The notes below the pieces were generated by a model that saw only the letters and a program-made list of their open reading frames with translations, had not been told where the DNA came from and searched no databases. This document shows, piece by piece, positions 6,330 to 17,635 of a stretch of 32,000 nucleotides of DNA (the stretch's first letter is position 1; each line of letters starts with the position of its first letter). This DNA comes from Pseudoalteromonas translucida KMM 520 (GTDB lineage Bacteria > Pseudomonadota > Gammaproteobacteria > Enterobacterales > Alteromonadaceae). The stretch is taken from the NCBI RefSeq assembly GCF_001465295.1, contig NZ_CP011035.1, positions 180,001-212,000 of the forward strand. Direction: 5' to 3'. A program made the position numbers and the translations under genes.

Positions 6330-8789
6330 ATGGATAAAAGAAAGCTCAGCGAAACCGATATAATCAGCAAGTTTATCCTACCCGCAGTTAAAACCGCAGG
6401 CTGGGACGATATAACCCAAATACGCCAAGAGGTTAAATTACGTGCCGGTAAAGTAATCGTCCGTGGGCAACTTGGTGTACGTAAAACGGTTAAGTCGGCT
6501 GACATAGTGCTTTACCATAAACCTAGTATGCCGCTTGCTGTAATCGAGGCTAAAGCCAATAAGCACGAAGTAGGCAAAGGCCTTCAACAAGGCTTAGATT
6601 ACGCTAGGCTGCTCGATGTGCCGTTTATATTCGCCTCTAATGGCGATGGCTTTATATTTCACGATAAAACCAAGCTAGGCACGCCTGATGCGCACAACCT
6701 TGAATCAGAAATACGCTTAGAAGACTTCCCATCACCTCAAGAGCTTTGGGCTAAGTATTGCGCTTACAAGGGCTATACCGAATCTCAATTACCTATAATC
6801 AACCAAGCCTATTACGATGATGGCAGTGGCAAGCATCCCCGTTACTATCAGCTCCAAGCGATTAATAAAACAGTAGAGGCTATATCGTCTGGTAAAGACC
6901 GCGTACTCCTCGTTATGGCAACAGGAACCGGTAAAACTTATACCGCGTTTCAGATCATTTGGCGCTTATGGAAATCACGCGCTAAAAAACGCATATTGTT
7001 TTTAGCCGACCGCAACATATTGGTCGATCAAACCCGCATTAATGATTTTCAGCCGTTTGGTACTTCAATGACCAAAATTACCGGTAGAACAATCGACCCC
7101 GCTTACGAAATACACCTAGCACTATACCAAGCACTAACAGGGCCAGAAGAATCTCAAAAAGCGTTCAAGCAAGTAGACCCAGACTTTTTCGACCTCATTA
7201 TTATTGACGAATGCCACCGTGGTAGCGCAAGTGAAGATAGCGCATGGCGCGAAATACTCACCTACTTCAAAGGGGCTGCTCAAGTAGGTTTAACCGCAAC
7301 ACCAAAAGAAACAGAGGAAGTATCAAACTCTGACTACTTTGGCGACCCCGCTTATACCTATTCCCTTAAAGAAGGCATAGAAGATGGTTTTTTAGCACCA
7401 TACAAAGTAGTACGAGTCGATCTTGATGTGGACCTACAAGGCTGGCGACCAACAAAAGGACAGGTTGATAACAACGGTGAAGTAATACAAGACCGGATAT
7501 ACAACCAAAAAGACTTTGACCGCACAATGGTAATTGACGAGCGAACACAGCTGGTGGCAGAAACCATTACCAACTATTTAAAACGTACAGACCCTATGGC
7601 TAAAACCATCGTGTTTTGTAACGATATAGATCACGCCGAGCGTATGCGCCGAGCCATTGCCAACTTAAACCCAGAGCAAATGGCTAAAAACGATAAATAC
7701 GTGATGAAGATCACCGGCGATGACGAACTAGGCAAAGGTCAGCTAGATAACTTTATAAACCCTAAACGCCCATACCCAGTTATTGCTACCACCTCTGAGC
7801 TTATGACCACAGGGGTAGACGCTAAAACCTGTAAGCTAGTGGTGCTCGATCAGAACATTCAATCAATGACCAAGTTTAAACAAATTATTGGTCGTGGTAC
7901 CCGTATTGACGACCGTTACGGTAAGCTGTGGTTTACTATCCTCGACTTTAAAAAAGCCACCGAGTTGTTTGCCGATGAACGCTTTGATGGCACACCAGAA
8001 AAAATAATAAAAGTAACGCCCACCGACATTGAAGACGAAGACGTTGATATTGAATCACAAGACGATACAACTGCCGAAGAGCAGCCTGATAGTGTATTCG
8101 ATGATCAATCAACCGCTGACGATACAACAGATACCATAAATAACCCTAAAGGCGATGGGACCTTTTCTGATGGAGAGTATGGCGAATGGGACGATGAAAC
8201 CAATAAAATGGTTAAGTACCGCGTATCAGGTGTTACCGTTAATAAAGTCGCAGAGCGAGTACAGTATTACGATACCGACGGTAAACTCGTTACCGAATCA
8301 TTTATAGATTACACCCGTAAAACCATGAGCAAACAGTTCAGCTCACTCGACGACTTTGTAAAGCGTTGGAACGAGTCAGATCGCAAACAAGCCGTAATAG
8401 ACGAACTTTCCGAAGAAGGTATTATTTGGTCAGCACTTGAGGAAGAAGTAGGCAAAGATATGGACCCATTCGATATGATCTGCCATGTAGTTTACGACCA
8501 ACCACCTCTTACTCGTAAAGAGCGCGCAGATAACGTACAAAAGCGTAACTATTTCACTAAATATTCGGGTACCGCACACACCGTACTAGAGAACCTTCTG
8601 TTAAAATACGCAGATGTAGGCGTACAAGAAATAGAATCTATGCAAGCACTTAAAGTGGCGCCATTTAACCAAATTGGCAGCCTAAGTGAAATAGTAAAAA
8701 AAGGCTTTGGTGGCAAACCACAATACGAGCAAGCGCTTAAAGAGCTCGAAGCCGAAATTTACCAAATGCCAACGCCTAAAACAGCTTAA
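6330..8789 (+). CDS. hsdR: type I restriction enzyme R subunit
   Basis: N-terminal PD-(D/E)xK (ADIVLY...VIEAKANK). SF2 helicase motifs MATGTGKT and DECHRG, plus later helicase motifs. C-terminal region resembles the EcoEI-type R C-terminal domain. hsdM and hsdS lie downstream. Confidence 0.93.
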   Translation: MDKRKLSETDIISKFILPAVKTAGWDDITQIRQEVKLRAGKVIVRGQLGVRKTVKSADIVLYHKPSMPLAVIEAKANKHEVGKGLQQGLDYARLLDVPFIFASNGDGFIFHDKTKLGTPDAHNLESEIRLEDFPSPQELWAKYCAYKGYTESQLPIINQAYYDDGSGKHPRYYQLQAINKTVEAISSGKDRVLLVMATGTGKTYTAFQIIWRLWKSRAKKRILFLADRNILVDQTRINDFQPFGTSMTKITGRTIDPAYEIHLALYQALTGPEESQKAFKQVDPDFFDLIIIDECHRGSASEDSAWREILTYFKGAAQVGLTATPKETEEVSNSDYFGDPAYTYSLKEGIEDGFLAPYKVVRVDLDVDLQGWRPTKGQVDNNGEVIQDRIYNQKDFDRTMVIDERTQLVAETITNYLKRTDPMAKTIVFCNDIDHAERMRRAIANLNPEQMAKNDKYVMKITGDDELGKGQLDNFINPKRPYPVIATTSELMTTGVDAKTCKLVVLDQNIQSMTKFKQIIGRGTRIDDRYGKLWFTILDFKKATELFADERFDGTPEKIIKVTPTDIEDEDVDIESQDDTTAEEQPDSVFDDQSTADDTTDTINNPKGDGTFSDGEYGEWDDETNKMVKYRVSGVTVNKVAERVQYYDTDGKLVTESFIDYTRKTMSKQFSSLDDFVKRWNESDRKQAVIDELSEEGIIWSALEEEVGKDMDPFDMICHVVYDQPPLTRKERADNVQKRNYFTKYSGTAHTVLENLLLKYADVGVQEIESMQALKVAPFNQIGSLSEIVKKGFGGKPQYEQALKELEAEIYQMPTPKTA

Positions 8790-8795
8790 TTATAT

Positions 8796-8829
8796 GCTTG
8801 CTGTCGCTATGTATTAGCGACAGCAAAGC
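8796..8829 (+). other. intercistronic stem-loop between hsdR and hsdM
   Basis: GCTGTCGCT-atgtatt-AGCGACAGC 9-bp stem, extendable past one bulge. There is no T-run, so it is probably not a full terminator. Confidence 0.3.
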
Positions 8830-8907
8830 ATTAAACCAATCAGAATAAACAGCTTTCATATTTGCCTTTAGTCGCTGTTTATAAAAATAATCAAACAAGA
8901 GAATACT

Positions 8908-10398
8908 ATGTCTATCAGTTCAGCTATTAAATCTATTCAAGATATTATGCGTAAAGACGCCGGTGTCGATGGCGACGCACAACGCCTTGGTCAAATGTCG
9001 TGGTTACTATTTTTAAAAGTATTTGACGCACAAGAAGAAGAGCTAGAACTAGAATTAGACGACTACCGCGAGCCAATTCCAGAGCAATTTTTATGGCGCA
9101 ATTGGGCGGCCGATAACGAAGGCATAACGGGCGATGAGCTTTTAGAGTTTGTAAACGATAAGCTGTTTATTGAACTTAAAAACCTAACCGCACCTATAGA
9201 TAAAAATCCACGCGGCTATGTAGTAAAAGAGGCATTCTCTGATGCCTTTAATTACATGAAAAACGGCACGCTACTGCGCCAGGTTATTAATAAGCTAAAC
9301 GAAATAGACTTTACCGACTCAAAAGAGCGCCACTTATTTGGCGACCTGTACGAGCAAATACTAAAAGACTTACAAAGCGCAGGTAACGCGGGCGAATTTT
9401 ATACCCCGCGCGCAATCACTAAATTTATAGTGGCAGTAACCGACCCAAAACTAGGCGAGTCAATCATGGACCCTGCGTGTGGTACCGGTGGCTTTTTAGC
9501 GTGTGCATTCGACCATGTAAAAGCAAACTATGTTAAATCGGGCGACGACCACCAAATATTGCAAAAGCAAATACACGGCGTAGAAAAAAAACAACTTCCG
9601 CACTTACTGTGTACTACCAACATGATGCTTCACGGCATTGAGGTACCGGTACAAGTTAAACACGGCAATACATTAAATAAACCGCTTTCAAGCTGGGACG
9701 ACCAAGTAGATGTAATCATCACCAACCCTCCGTTTGGCGGCACCGAAGAAGACGGCATAGAAAAAAACTTTCCAAGCGACATGCAAACCCGCGAAACAGC
9801 CGACTTGTTCTTACAGCTCATTATTGAAGTGCTTAATGAGCCTTCAGCCGGTAAAGAAGGTGGTCGCGCGGCGGTTGTATTGCCAGATGGCACCCTATTT
9901 GGTGAAGGCGTTAAAACCAAAATTAAAAAGCTGTTAGTTGAGGAATGTAACTTACACACCATAGTACGCTTACCTAATGGCGTATTTGCCCCGTACACAA
10001 GTATTAAAACTAACATATTGTTTTTTACTAAAGGCACGCCAACCAAAGACGTGTGGTTTTACGAGCACCCATACCCAGCTGGGGTTAAAAATTACAACAA
10101 AACCAAACCTATGAAGTTTGAAGAGTTTAAAACCGAACTTGAATGGTGGGGCAGCGAGGCAGACGGTTTTGCCAGCCGTACTGAGACAGAGCAAGCGTGG
10201 AAAGTATCAATCGACGATATCATTGCCCGTAACTACAACCTCGACATTAAAAACCCGCATGTAGGTGAGGTAATCAGCCACGATCCGCAAGAGCTATTAG
10301 CCGATTACTCAAAGCAGCAAGCAGACATACAAGCATTACGCGATCAGCTTAAAGGCATATTGTCAGCAGCCCTTTCAAAAGATACTGAGGGCAAGTAA
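8908..10398 (+). CDS. hsdM: type I R-M N6-adenine DNA methyltransferase subunit
   Basis: AdoMet motif DPACGTGGFL, catalytic motif NPPFGG, and an HsdM N-terminal-like region. Confidence 0.95.
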   Translation: MSISSAIKSIQDIMRKDAGVDGDAQRLGQMSWLLFLKVFDAQEEELELELDDYREPIPEQFLWRNWAADNEGITGDELLEFVNDKLFIELKNLTAPIDKNPRGYVVKEAFSDAFNYMKNGTLLRQVINKLNEIDFTDSKERHLFGDLYEQILKDLQSAGNAGEFYTPRAITKFIVAVTDPKLGESIMDPACGTGGFLACAFDHVKANYVKSGDDHQILQKQIHGVEKKQLPHLLCTTNMMLHGIEVPVQVKHGNTLNKPLSSWDDQVDVIITNPPFGGTEEDGIEKNFPSDMQTRETADLFLQLIIEVLNEPSAGKEGGRAAVVLPDGTLFGEGVKTKIKKLLVEECNLHTIVRLPNGVFAPYTSIKTNILFFTKGTPTKDVWFYEHPYPAGVKNYNKTKPMKFEEFKTELEWWGSEADGFASRTETEQAWKVSIDDIIARNYNLDIKNPHVGEVISHDPQELLADYSKQQADIQALRDQLKGILSAALSKDTEGK

Positions 10399-12212
10399 TG
10401 GCTGAGTCAAAAATACCAAACCAAAACGCAGAGCAGCTAATCACCGAGCATCTTGATATTTGGACCACTGCCATAGAGCAAAAGTCGTCATCAGGGCGCG
10501 GCTCATCTAAAAAGTTTTCACTTCATGGCATTAAAAAACTCCGCGAACTTATTTTAGAGCTCGCAGTGCGTGGCAAATTAGTGCCACAAGACCCAAACGA
10601 CGAACCCGCCGCCAAACTTTTAGAGCGTATAGCAGCTGAAAAAGCGCAATTGGTAAAAGATAAAAAAATTAAAAAGCCAAAAGCACTACCGGAAATCAGT
10701 GAGGAAGAAAAGCCGTTTGAATTGCCACAAGGGTGGGAGTTTTCTAGATTAGGAGTCACTCTTACCAAAATTACTGATGGTACTCATCATTCACCACCTA
10801 ATAGTGATACAGGTGATTACCTCTATATTTCTGCTAAAAATATTAAGAATAATGGTGTTCAACTTAGTAATGCGTCTTATATTACTAAGGAGCATCATGA
10901 TGAGATATATGCACGCTGTGATCCGGAATTTGGTGACCTTTTATATATCAAGGATGGTGCAACTACTGGAATAGTAACAATTAACCAGCTTGAAAAACCA
11001 TTTTCAATGCTTTCAAGTGTTGCACTTTTAAAATGTTCAAATTATATCTTGAATAAGTATTTATTAATTGCACTTCGCTCTCCATTTTTCTATCAAGAAA
11101 TGAGAGCTGGTATGACAGGTGTTGCGATCACAAGGGTGACACTGAAAAAATTGGATAATGCATTTATCCCAATTCCGGCACTCGAAGAGCAACACCGTAT
11201 CGTTGCTAAAGTCGATGAGTTAATGAGCTTGTGTGATGCGCTTGAGGCACAAACTGAAAATAGTATTTCGGCACATCAAACATTAGTTGAAGTACTGTTA
11301 GAGGCCTTGCTAAAAGCACCAGAGCAAACCGCAACACCCGAACAAACCACTGCGCAGTTTCAACAAAACTGGCAACGCTTAAGCGAGCACTTCGACACGC
11401 TATTCACCACCACAGCCAGCATCGACACGTTAAAGCAAACCATTTTACAACTAGCTGTAATGGGCAAACTCGTCCCACAAAACCCAAACGACGAACCCGC
11501 AGCCAAACTCCTAGAGCGCATAGCAGCAGAAAAAGCTCAACTGATTGAAGACAAAAAAATCAAAAAGCAAAAACCACTGCCAGAAATCACCGACGAAGAA
11601 AAACCGTTAGTGTTACCACAGAGTTGGTCGATATGTCGATTGGCAGAACTATTACCTCAGTTTCAAAATGGTGCTTCAAGTAGAGGTGACAAAAGTGGTC
11701 GTGAAATTATTGTATTAAGATTGGCAGATATTAAAAATTGGGAAGTTTGTCTAAAAGAAACTCGTTTGATTCAAATAGAAGAAAACTCAATCAATAGATA
11801 CCAGCTTAATAAAGATGATATTTTGATCATTCGAGTAAATGGTAGTGCTGATATAGTGGGACGTTTGATCGCTTGTAGGGATGATTTTGATGCAATTTAT
11901 TGTGATCACTTTATTAGAATGCGCTTTCCATTCAAAATTTTCACTACGGAATTTATTTCACTACTTGGGTCCACAGATCTAATTCGTAAAAGAATAGCTG
12001 AGTTATTTGTTAGCACCGCTGGTCAAAAAACGGTTAATCAAACTCATATAGGTTCATTAATAGTTACAGTTCCTCCTTTAGAAGAGCAGCAACGCATCGT
12101 GACTAAAGTCGATGAGCTAATCTCACTATGCGACCAACTCAAAGCTCGTTTGACTGACGCACAAACCACTAAGCTTCACTTAACCGACGCCATAGTCGAA
12201 CAGGCGTTGTAA
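10398..12212 (+). CDS. hsdS: type I R-M specificity subunit (two target-recognition domains)
   Basis: The start overlaps the hsdM stop (TAATG). It has duplicated conserved spacer regions and duplicated EEQ(H/Q)RIV(A/T)KVDEL(M/I)SLCD helices flanking two divergent TRDs. Confidence 0.92.
   Translation: MAESKIPNQNAEQLITEHLDIWTTAIEQKSSSGRGSSKKFSLHGIKKLRELILELAVRGKLVPQDPNDEPAAKLLERIAAEKAQLVKDKKIKKPKALPEISEEEKPFELPQGWEFSRLGVTLTKITDGTHHSPPNSDTGDYLYISAKNIKNNGVQLSNASYITKEHHDEIYARCDPEFGDLLYIKDGATTGIVTINQLEKPFSMLSSVALLKCSNYILNKYLLIALRSPFFYQEMRAGMTGVAITRVTLKKLDNAFIPIPALEEQHRIVAKVDELMSLCDALEAQTENSISAHQTLVEVLLEALLKAPEQTATPEQTTAQFQQNWQRLSEHFDTLFTTTASIDTLKQTILQLAVMGKLVPQNPNDEPAAKLLERIAAEKAQLIEDKKIKKQKPLPEITDEEKPLVLPQSWSICRLAELLPQFQNGASSRGDKSGREIIVLRLADIKNWEVCLKETRLIQIEENSINRYQLNKDDILIIRVNGSADIVGRLIACRDDFDAIYCDHFIRMRFPFKIFTTEFISLLGSTDLIRKRIAELFVSTAGQKTVNQTHIGSLIVTVPPLEEQQRIVTKVDELISLCDQLKARLTDAQTTKLHLTDAIVEQAL
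10551..10736 (+). repeat. hsdS internal direct repeat, copy 1 (conserved region)
   Basis: Encodes ILELAVRGKLVPQDPNDEPAAKLLERIAAEKAQLVKDKKIKKPKALPEISEEEKPFELPQGW. Its near-identical partner is at 11442-11627. Confidence 0.85.
11442..11627 (+). repeat. hsdS internal direct repeat, copy 2 (conserved region)
   Basis: Encodes ILQLAVMGKLVPQNPNDEPAAKLLERIAAEKAQLIEDKKIKKQKPLPEITDEEKPLVLPQSW. Confidence 0.85.
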
Positions 12213-12214
12213 CT

Positions 12215-13561
12215 ATGGCAATTATTTTCGAACAGCCACAAACTATTGCGCAGTTGTTAGCGCAACAACTCACGATTCCTGAGTACCAAAGGCCCTACAA
12301 ATGGCAGGCCAAGCACGTTAATCAGTTAATTGATGATATTTTTAATCACCGCACTAAGCCGTGTTATCGGCTCGGTACTGTTGTATTGCATCAAGATAAA
12401 GAATCAGTGAATGAGAATAAAAAACAGACACTGAACATCGTTGATGGCCAGCAGCGGCTGCTCACTTTAACGCTGCTTTGCACCATTCTTGATGGGGCTG
12501 AGAAAGCTATTTCATCCTCTTTGCTTGAACATAAGTTTGAATCATCAGTCAGTATCGACAACCTCAAAAATAATGCTCAGATCATTTCTGAACGAGCAGC
12601 AAGTTTGACTGCCCCCGAAAAGCAGGAATTGCTTAATTTTGTGCTTAACAAGTGCGAGCTTATTCAAGTTACGTTAGATGACTTGAGTGAAGCGTTTCAG
12701 TTTTTTGATTCTCAGAATGCCCGTGGTAAAGCCCTTGCGCCGCACGATTTGCTCAAAGCATATCACCTGCGTGAAATGATGGACGCCACGACACAAACAG
12801 AACGCTTGCACCATGTAAGCCTGTGGGAGCAAGGCGTTAACCCTGATGATGATTCAGCCAATTTGCACACCATCATGGGGGAGTTTTTGTTTCGTATGCG
12901 CCGATGGATTGACGGTGATTACGGCATTGCGTTTAGTCGTCATAACATTGATGTATTCAAGGGTATTAACTTGGATAACGCACAATATGCTTATGTGGAT
13001 GCAATGCTGGCGCTCGATTACGCGATTGAAACCTTTAATGGCGATCCTATGCGAAAATGGGACAAGCAAACTAAGAGTTACCCTTTCCAAGTAGAACAGG
13101 TGATGATCAACGGTAAGCGCTTTTTTGAGTACATTCAGCATTATATGACCATTCACACAAGCTTGTTTGTTGGCAACGAGGCAAAGCTCTCTTTATTTGT
13201 TGATAAATACGCTAGGTACAGTGGCAGTCACCGTAAAGGGGATAGCTATGTGCGTAATTTATTTTTGTGTACCGTGATGTATTACTACGACAAATTTGGT
13301 GATGTGGAGTTAGAAAAAGCGGCGCAGATTTGTTATCGCTGGGCATATTATTTACGCCTTGAATTGCAACGTATTGGCATGGAATCAGTTGATAACCACG
13401 CTAAAAGCCGTAGTGGGTTATTTAGAGCAATTCGCAAAGCTGTTCACCCTCAACAGGTGTTGAACTTTCAGCCGCTTTACATAAAAGTGCCTAAGTTTAA
13501 TAATGCTGAGGAAGTACAAGGGTTTATTGAAGCAATGAAATCGGGAAGTATCAATGAGTGA
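12215..13561 (+). CDS. DUF262 (ParB-like / GmrS-type) domain protein with no obvious His-Me finger nuclease domain
   Basis: Motifs [21 protein letters not shown] and [18 protein letters not shown]. The ATG lies 2 nt after the hsdS stop. Confidence 0.75.
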   Translation: MAIIFEQPQTIAQLLAQQLTIPEYQRPYKWQAKHVNQLIDDIFNHRTKPCYRLGTVVLHQDKESVNENKKQTLNIVDGQQRLLTLTLLCTILDGAEKAISSSLLEHKFESSVSIDNLKNNAQIISERAASLTAPEKQELLNFVLNKCELIQVTLDDLSEAFQFFDSQNARGKALAPHDLLKAYHLREMMDATTQTERLHHVSLWEQGVNPDDDSANLHTIMGEFLFRMRRWIDGDYGIAFSRHNIDVFKGINLDNAQYAYVDAMLALDYAIETFNGDPMRKWDKQTKSYPFQVEQVMINGKRFFEYIQHYMTIHTSLFVGNEAKLSLFVDKYARYSGSHRKGDSYVRNLFLCTVMYYYDKFGDVELEKAAQICYRWAYYLRLELQRIGMESVDNHAKSRSGLFRAIRKAVHPQQVLNFQPLYIKVPKFNNAEEVQGFIEAMKSGSINE

Positions 13562-15488
13562 TGTGAACCAAGTAGAACAGTTATCCGTTAGAGCGCTTTT
13601 TAATAAGAAAACTGAATATATTATCCCTATTTATCAGCGGAATTACGCTTGGGGTGCACCTGAGATTGAGCAGCTTATTCAAGATATTAGTGATGCCGCA
13701 GGGCTTATTACTCAGCCAGGTGAAACTGTTAGCGTAAAACAAGTAAAATATTACCTGGGTAGTCTTGTTGTGTATCAGCGCACAACTCATTCACAGCAAT
13801 CAAATGTGGTGTACGAGACTATTGATGGGCAGCAAAGGCATACCACGCTCTCTATTTTATTGGCGTATCTAAAACATCGAAAAGTATTGGATGAGAGTGA
13901 CCTAGCAGGGTTAGACATTAACCTAACTTTTGATAGTCGCCCAAAATCTTCCAGAGCGTTAGATGATATTTATAAAGGTAAGTCAAGTGGCGAGGCTGAA
14001 GAGCCTAACATTCATGCTGCGTTGAACATTATTCAGCGTTACTTCAAAACCAAAGGGCTAGATACAGAGGCTAAAATTAAGCAGTTTTGCGAATACCTGT
14101 TAGATAACGTCACTATATTGAAAGTCGTTGTGCCACCGCAAACCGATCTTAATCACTACTTTGAGATCATGAATAATCGTGGTGAGCAGCTAGAAAAACA
14201 CGAAGTATTGAAAGCGAAATTCATGGCTACACTGAGCAATGATGAGGGAAGAAACTGTTTTTCGACCATTTGGGATGCTTGCTCAAATATGACGCGTTAC
14301 ACACAGATGGGTTTTCAATCTGATTTGCGTAAAGAAGTATTTGGTGACAATTGGCAAACAATGCCAAAAAGCTTTGATGTAATTCAAGCAAAGCATACGA
14401 GTAAACAGCAAAAACAAGATGCAATGACACTACGCGAAATTATCGACAACAAAACACCCAGTGAAAATACCGATGATGAAGAGCGCGAGAAAGAAGAGCG
14501 CTTTGGTACGGTTATCGACTTTTCAAACTTCTTACTCCATGTACTAAAGTTGATGCCTGAGATTAAGGGTGTATCGCTTGATGATAAAAAATTACTTAAT
14601 GCGTTTATCAGTAAAGATAATGGCTTGAAGGTAGAAGCCAAAACCTTTGTATATGAGTTGCTTAAGTACCGAATTCTATTTGATAGCTACATCATCAAGC
14701 CTGACCAACACAATGAAAAGCGTAAGTGGAGCCTACAAACACTCATAGCTAATACGAGCGGTACTAGCACAAGTTCTAGCTATAATAACTCTTTTGGTAA
14801 AGACCAAGACACATTAAATGAAAAATTGCGCATGATATTAGCAATGTTCCATGTATCAAACCCAGCCTTAGTTTATAAGCGCTGGTTAAATGATGCGCTA
14901 AGTATTTTGAATAGGAATGTTACACAGGATGCGGATTTAAGCATTGATGGAGAGGTGTACTTAACTGAGCTTGAACGCTTAAGCGATCGCTATTTTGAAG
15001 AAATCACTGTCGGCCAATGTTTAACATTTAGTGATGAGAATCAAGGCGTATTACACCAAGGAACGGGAGTTCAAAACTTCGTGTTTAATCGGTTGGATTA
15101 CCTTTTGTGGAAGCGTTTATCAGATGGTGAAACATTTGATGGTAAAGGTAAAAAAGAGCTTGGAAAGCACTTTGATGATTTTCAGTTTAATTTTAGAACT
15201 TCTGTTGAGCATTACTTCCCGCAAACTGATCCATCAGGTGCAAGCAAAATGGAGGATGTCGATCGCTTTGGAAATTTATGTTTAATTTCGCCAAGTAGTA
15301 ACTCGAGGCTCAGCAATTACTCCCCGCAGGATAAAAAGTCCTTCTATCGTGAGAACAATCGTGCCGAGAGTTTAAAGCAAGCGATTATGATGAGTTACGA
15401 TGACTGGGGCCCCGTGGGACTAGGTCGAACAAATTTAAAAAACCATGAATCGGCCATGTTAAAGGTTTTATCCGCAATAAAAATATGA
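13554..15488 (+). CDS. GmrSD-family type IV restriction-like protein (DUF262 + DUF1524 His-Me finger)
   Basis: Motifs [21 protein letters not shown] and [18 protein letters not shown]-terminal VEHYFPQ...[17 protein letters not shown]. It overlaps the upstream gene by 8 nt. Confidence 0.8.
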   Translation: MSDVNQVEQLSVRALFNKKTEYIIPIYQRNYAWGAPEIEQLIQDISDAAGLITQPGETVSVKQVKYYLGSLVVYQRTTHSQQSNVVYETIDGQQRHTTLSILLAYLKHRKVLDESDLAGLDINLTFDSRPKSSRALDDIYKGKSSGEAEEPNIHAALNIIQRYFKTKGLDTEAKIKQFCEYLLDNVTILKVVVPPQTDLNHYFEIMNNRGEQLEKHEVLKAKFMATLSNDEGRNCFSTIWDACSNMTRYTQMGFQSDLRKEVFGDNWQTMPKSFDVIQAKHTSKQQKQDAMTLREIIDNKTPSENTDDEEREKEERFGTVIDFSNFLLHVLKLMPEIKGVSLDDKKLLNAFISKDNGLKVEAKTFVYELLKYRILFDSYIIKPDQHNEKRKWSLQTLIANTSGTSTSSSYNNSFGKDQDTLNEKLRMILAMFHVSNPALVYKRWLNDALSILNRNVTQDADLSIDGEVYLTELERLSDRYFEEITVGQCLTFSDENQGVLHQGTGVQNFVFNRLDYLLWKRLSDGETFDGKGKKELGKHFDDFQFNFRTSVEHYFPQTDPSGASKMEDVDRFGNLCLISPSSNSRLSNYSPQDKKSFYRENNRAESLKQAIMMSYDDWGPVGLGRTNLKNHESAMLKVLSAIKI

Positions 15489-15626
15489 GCTGCAGCGATA
15501 AGTCGAGTTACTTAATAACACGGCTGATAATTAATGGCCAATATTGGCTTAACAGTAAAGGTTACTGAATTTAAGCTTAAAGCTTGGTTGTATAACCTGC
15601 TTTTTTAGTTGTTTATCATTATTTTT

Positions 15627-15655
15627 TTGCTTATCACAGTTGATTTATATACTAT
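15627..15655 (+). promoter_or_regulatory. possible sigma70 promoter for the Zorya operon
   Basis: TTGCTT - 17 nt - TACTAT about 210 nt upstream of zorA, followed by an imperfect long hairpin (about 15657-15705). Identified by sequence pattern only. Confidence 0.25.
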
Positions 15656-15868
15656 CTCGCCACGACTAAAGTATTGCTTTATTTTAGTTGTGGATGGCGA
15701 AAGGGAACGTAAAGATTTTATGGATAAAAGCCGAGCAGTACTACCAGATCCCCACTGTTAATTTTATACCTCTTTATAATTTTTTTCCTCGCTATTAATG
15801 CGTGTTTTCTGCTTTGAGGTTTCAAAGTAGTTGTCTATTTAATTACGAGAGTACAAAAGATAAATCAT

Positions 15869-17635
15869 ATGGATATACTAGAAAGTTTACTACGCAGTTT
15901 TGATACAAATGTTGTTAGCGGTGCTGTATTAATTTTAATGTTTTTTGTTTTTGGTTCAGGTTTGTTTTACACCAAAAAGGCTAGGCAAGTTGAGTTTGTT
16001 CAGTTTGTTCCAACACTATTAACTACTATGGGTATATTTGGTACTTTTTTAGGTATAGTTCTTGGTTTATTAGAATTTAACCAAAATGATATAGAAGCCA
16101 GTATTCCGTTGTTGCTAGCGGGCTTAAAAACTGCATTTATTACAAGTTTAGCGGGTATATTTTTATCTTTAGTGTTTAAAACACTGTCTACGTTCTCATT
16201 TTTAAAACCTAAGCAACCAGAAGATAGCATTTCTCATGCAACACCTGAGGCGATATTAGGTGCTATGCAAGCGCAGGTTGCAGAAACAAAAGTTTTAAAA
16301 GAAGCGATTGTTGGTAATGAAGAGTCAACACTGTTTGGTCAATTAAAAATATTACGTGGTGATATAAATGACAATGCAAAAACATCGATAAATATTGCCC
16401 AAGAACAAGCTGTAAAACAACAAGAGAGCTTTGAGGCGTTTAGTGAAAAGCTATGGCTTAAACTACAAGACTTTGCAGATACTTTATCAAAGTCAGCTAC
16501 AGAGCAAGTTATTGAAGCATTAAAGCAGGTGATTAGTGATTTTAATAACAACTTAACAGAGCAGTTTGGTGATAACTTTAAACAATTAAATGAAGCGGTA
16601 ATTAAATTAGTTGAATGGCAAGAAAACTATAAAATTCAGCTTAAAGAAATGAGTGACCAATACGCTCATGGTGTTGCTTCTATTTCTGCTACTGAATCAT
16701 CTGTTGCTCATATTAGTGAGCAAAGCCAAATAATTCCTCAATCAATGGGTGAACTAAAAGGTGTTATGGAAGTTAATCAGCATCAATTAGCTGAGCTTGA
16801 ACGCCATCTAGAGGCCTTTAAAGATATGCGCGACAAAGCTGTTGAAGCCGTCCCGCAAATTCAAAAGCAAGTCGAAGCTACAGTAAACGATATATCGGCT
16901 GCTGTAACAACAGCGAGTGACCATTATAAAACCCTTCTTACACAATCAGACGATTACATAAAAACTCACGTTCAGACATCTAATGATTTATTAGACAAGT
17001 TTGCTCATGAAACAGAGAAAGGCATTAATAGTGTTGGTGAGCGTTTGATTGAAAGCTCAGACAAGATTGCTACAGAAGTAGATAATGCTGGCACTGATTT
17101 CATAAATCGTACAAGCAGAACAAATGAAAGTTTACAAGTTAGCTCTGATGCTTTATCAAAAAATAGTAAAGAGATACAGTATCACTTAGAGGGTACCGTT
17201 AGCGACCTAAACAATCATATGCGTGACATGATTGAAAAACTAGTAGATGACGCTAAAGATATTACTTCAACTATGAAGCAAGCTAATCAAAACCTTGTGA
17301 CCGATACAGAGCAGGTGCGTGACACTGTGGTTAAGTCTGCAGAAAAACTTCAGCAACGCCTTAACGAAGTTATTGACGATGCAGCTACACAGCAAATTAA
17401 TCAAGCTAAACGTACCTTTGACGCAATGGAAGATGAGGTTAAAAAGCAGGTTGGTATGACTGGGGAAGCTGTAGACTCGCAACTAAAACTTATTGATACT
17501 GCGATGCAGCAAGAAATAAACCGTGTAATGAACGAAATGGGTAAGGCACTTGCACAGGTAAGCGGTAAATTTGTTGATGATTATATTAAGCTAACTAAAG
17601 CGATGAATGAAGTTGTAAGTCAGCGAGTAATGTAA
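15869..17635 (+). CDS. zorA: Zorya ZorA (MotA/ExbB-like membrane domain + long coiled-coil tail)
   Basis: N-terminal TM helices with MotA/ExbB-type motifs (TTMGIFGTFLGIVLGL and LLAGLKTAFITSLAGIFLSL), then about 470 aa of coiled-coil-like sequence. zorB and zorE lie downstream. Confidence 0.85.
   Translation: MDILESLLRSFDTNVVSGAVLILMFFVFGSGLFYTKKARQVEFVQFVPTLLTTMGIFGTFLGIVLGLLEFNQNDIEASIPLLLAGLKTAFITSLAGIFLSLVFKTLSTFSFLKPKQPEDSISHATPEAILGAMQAQVAETKVLKEAIVGNEESTLFGQLKILRGDINDNAKTSINIAQEQAVKQQESFEAFSEKLWLKLQDFADTLSKSATEQVIEALKQVISDFNNNLTEQFGDNFKQLNEAVIKLVEWQENYKIQLKEMSDQYAHGVASISATESSVAHISEQSQIIPQSMGELKGVMEVNQHQLAELERHLEAFKDMRDKAVEAVPQIQKQVEATVNDISAAVTTASDHYKTLLTQSDDYIKTHVQTSNDLLDKFAHETEKGINSVGERLIESSDKIATEVDNAGTDFINRTSRTNESLQVSSDALSKNSKEIQYHLEGTVSDLNNHMRDMIEKLVDDAKDITSTMKQANQNLVTDTEQVRDTVVKSAEKLQQRLNEVIDDAATQQINQAKRTFDAMEDEVKKQVGMTGEAVDSQLKLIDTAMQQEINRVMNEMGKALAQVSGKFVDDYIKLTKAMNEVVSQRVM

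Noticed and set aside
7358-7573. 71-aa and 60-aa minus-strand ORFs inside hsdR
   Set aside because: They are fully embedded antisense in a confidently assigned gene, with no RBS or motif.
9630-10194. 138-aa and 74-aa minus-strand ORFs inside hsdM
   Set aside because: They are antisense ORFs of the kind typical in a higher-G+C gene. hsdM motifs occupy the plus strand.
10523-10974. 81-aa minus-strand and 65-aa plus-strand ORFs inside hsdS
   Set aside because: They are embedded in or out of frame with hsdS. They have low complexity and no independent signals.
10551-11627. The 186-nt direct repeat as a duplication or mobile-element signature
   Set aside because: It corresponds to the normal duplicated conserved regions of a two-TRD HsdS subunit. 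It is reported only as a repeat feature.
12846-13156. 82-aa plus-strand and 100-aa minus-strand ORFs inside the first DUF262 gene
   Set aside because: These alternative-frame ORFs lie within a gene whose main frame carries family motifs.
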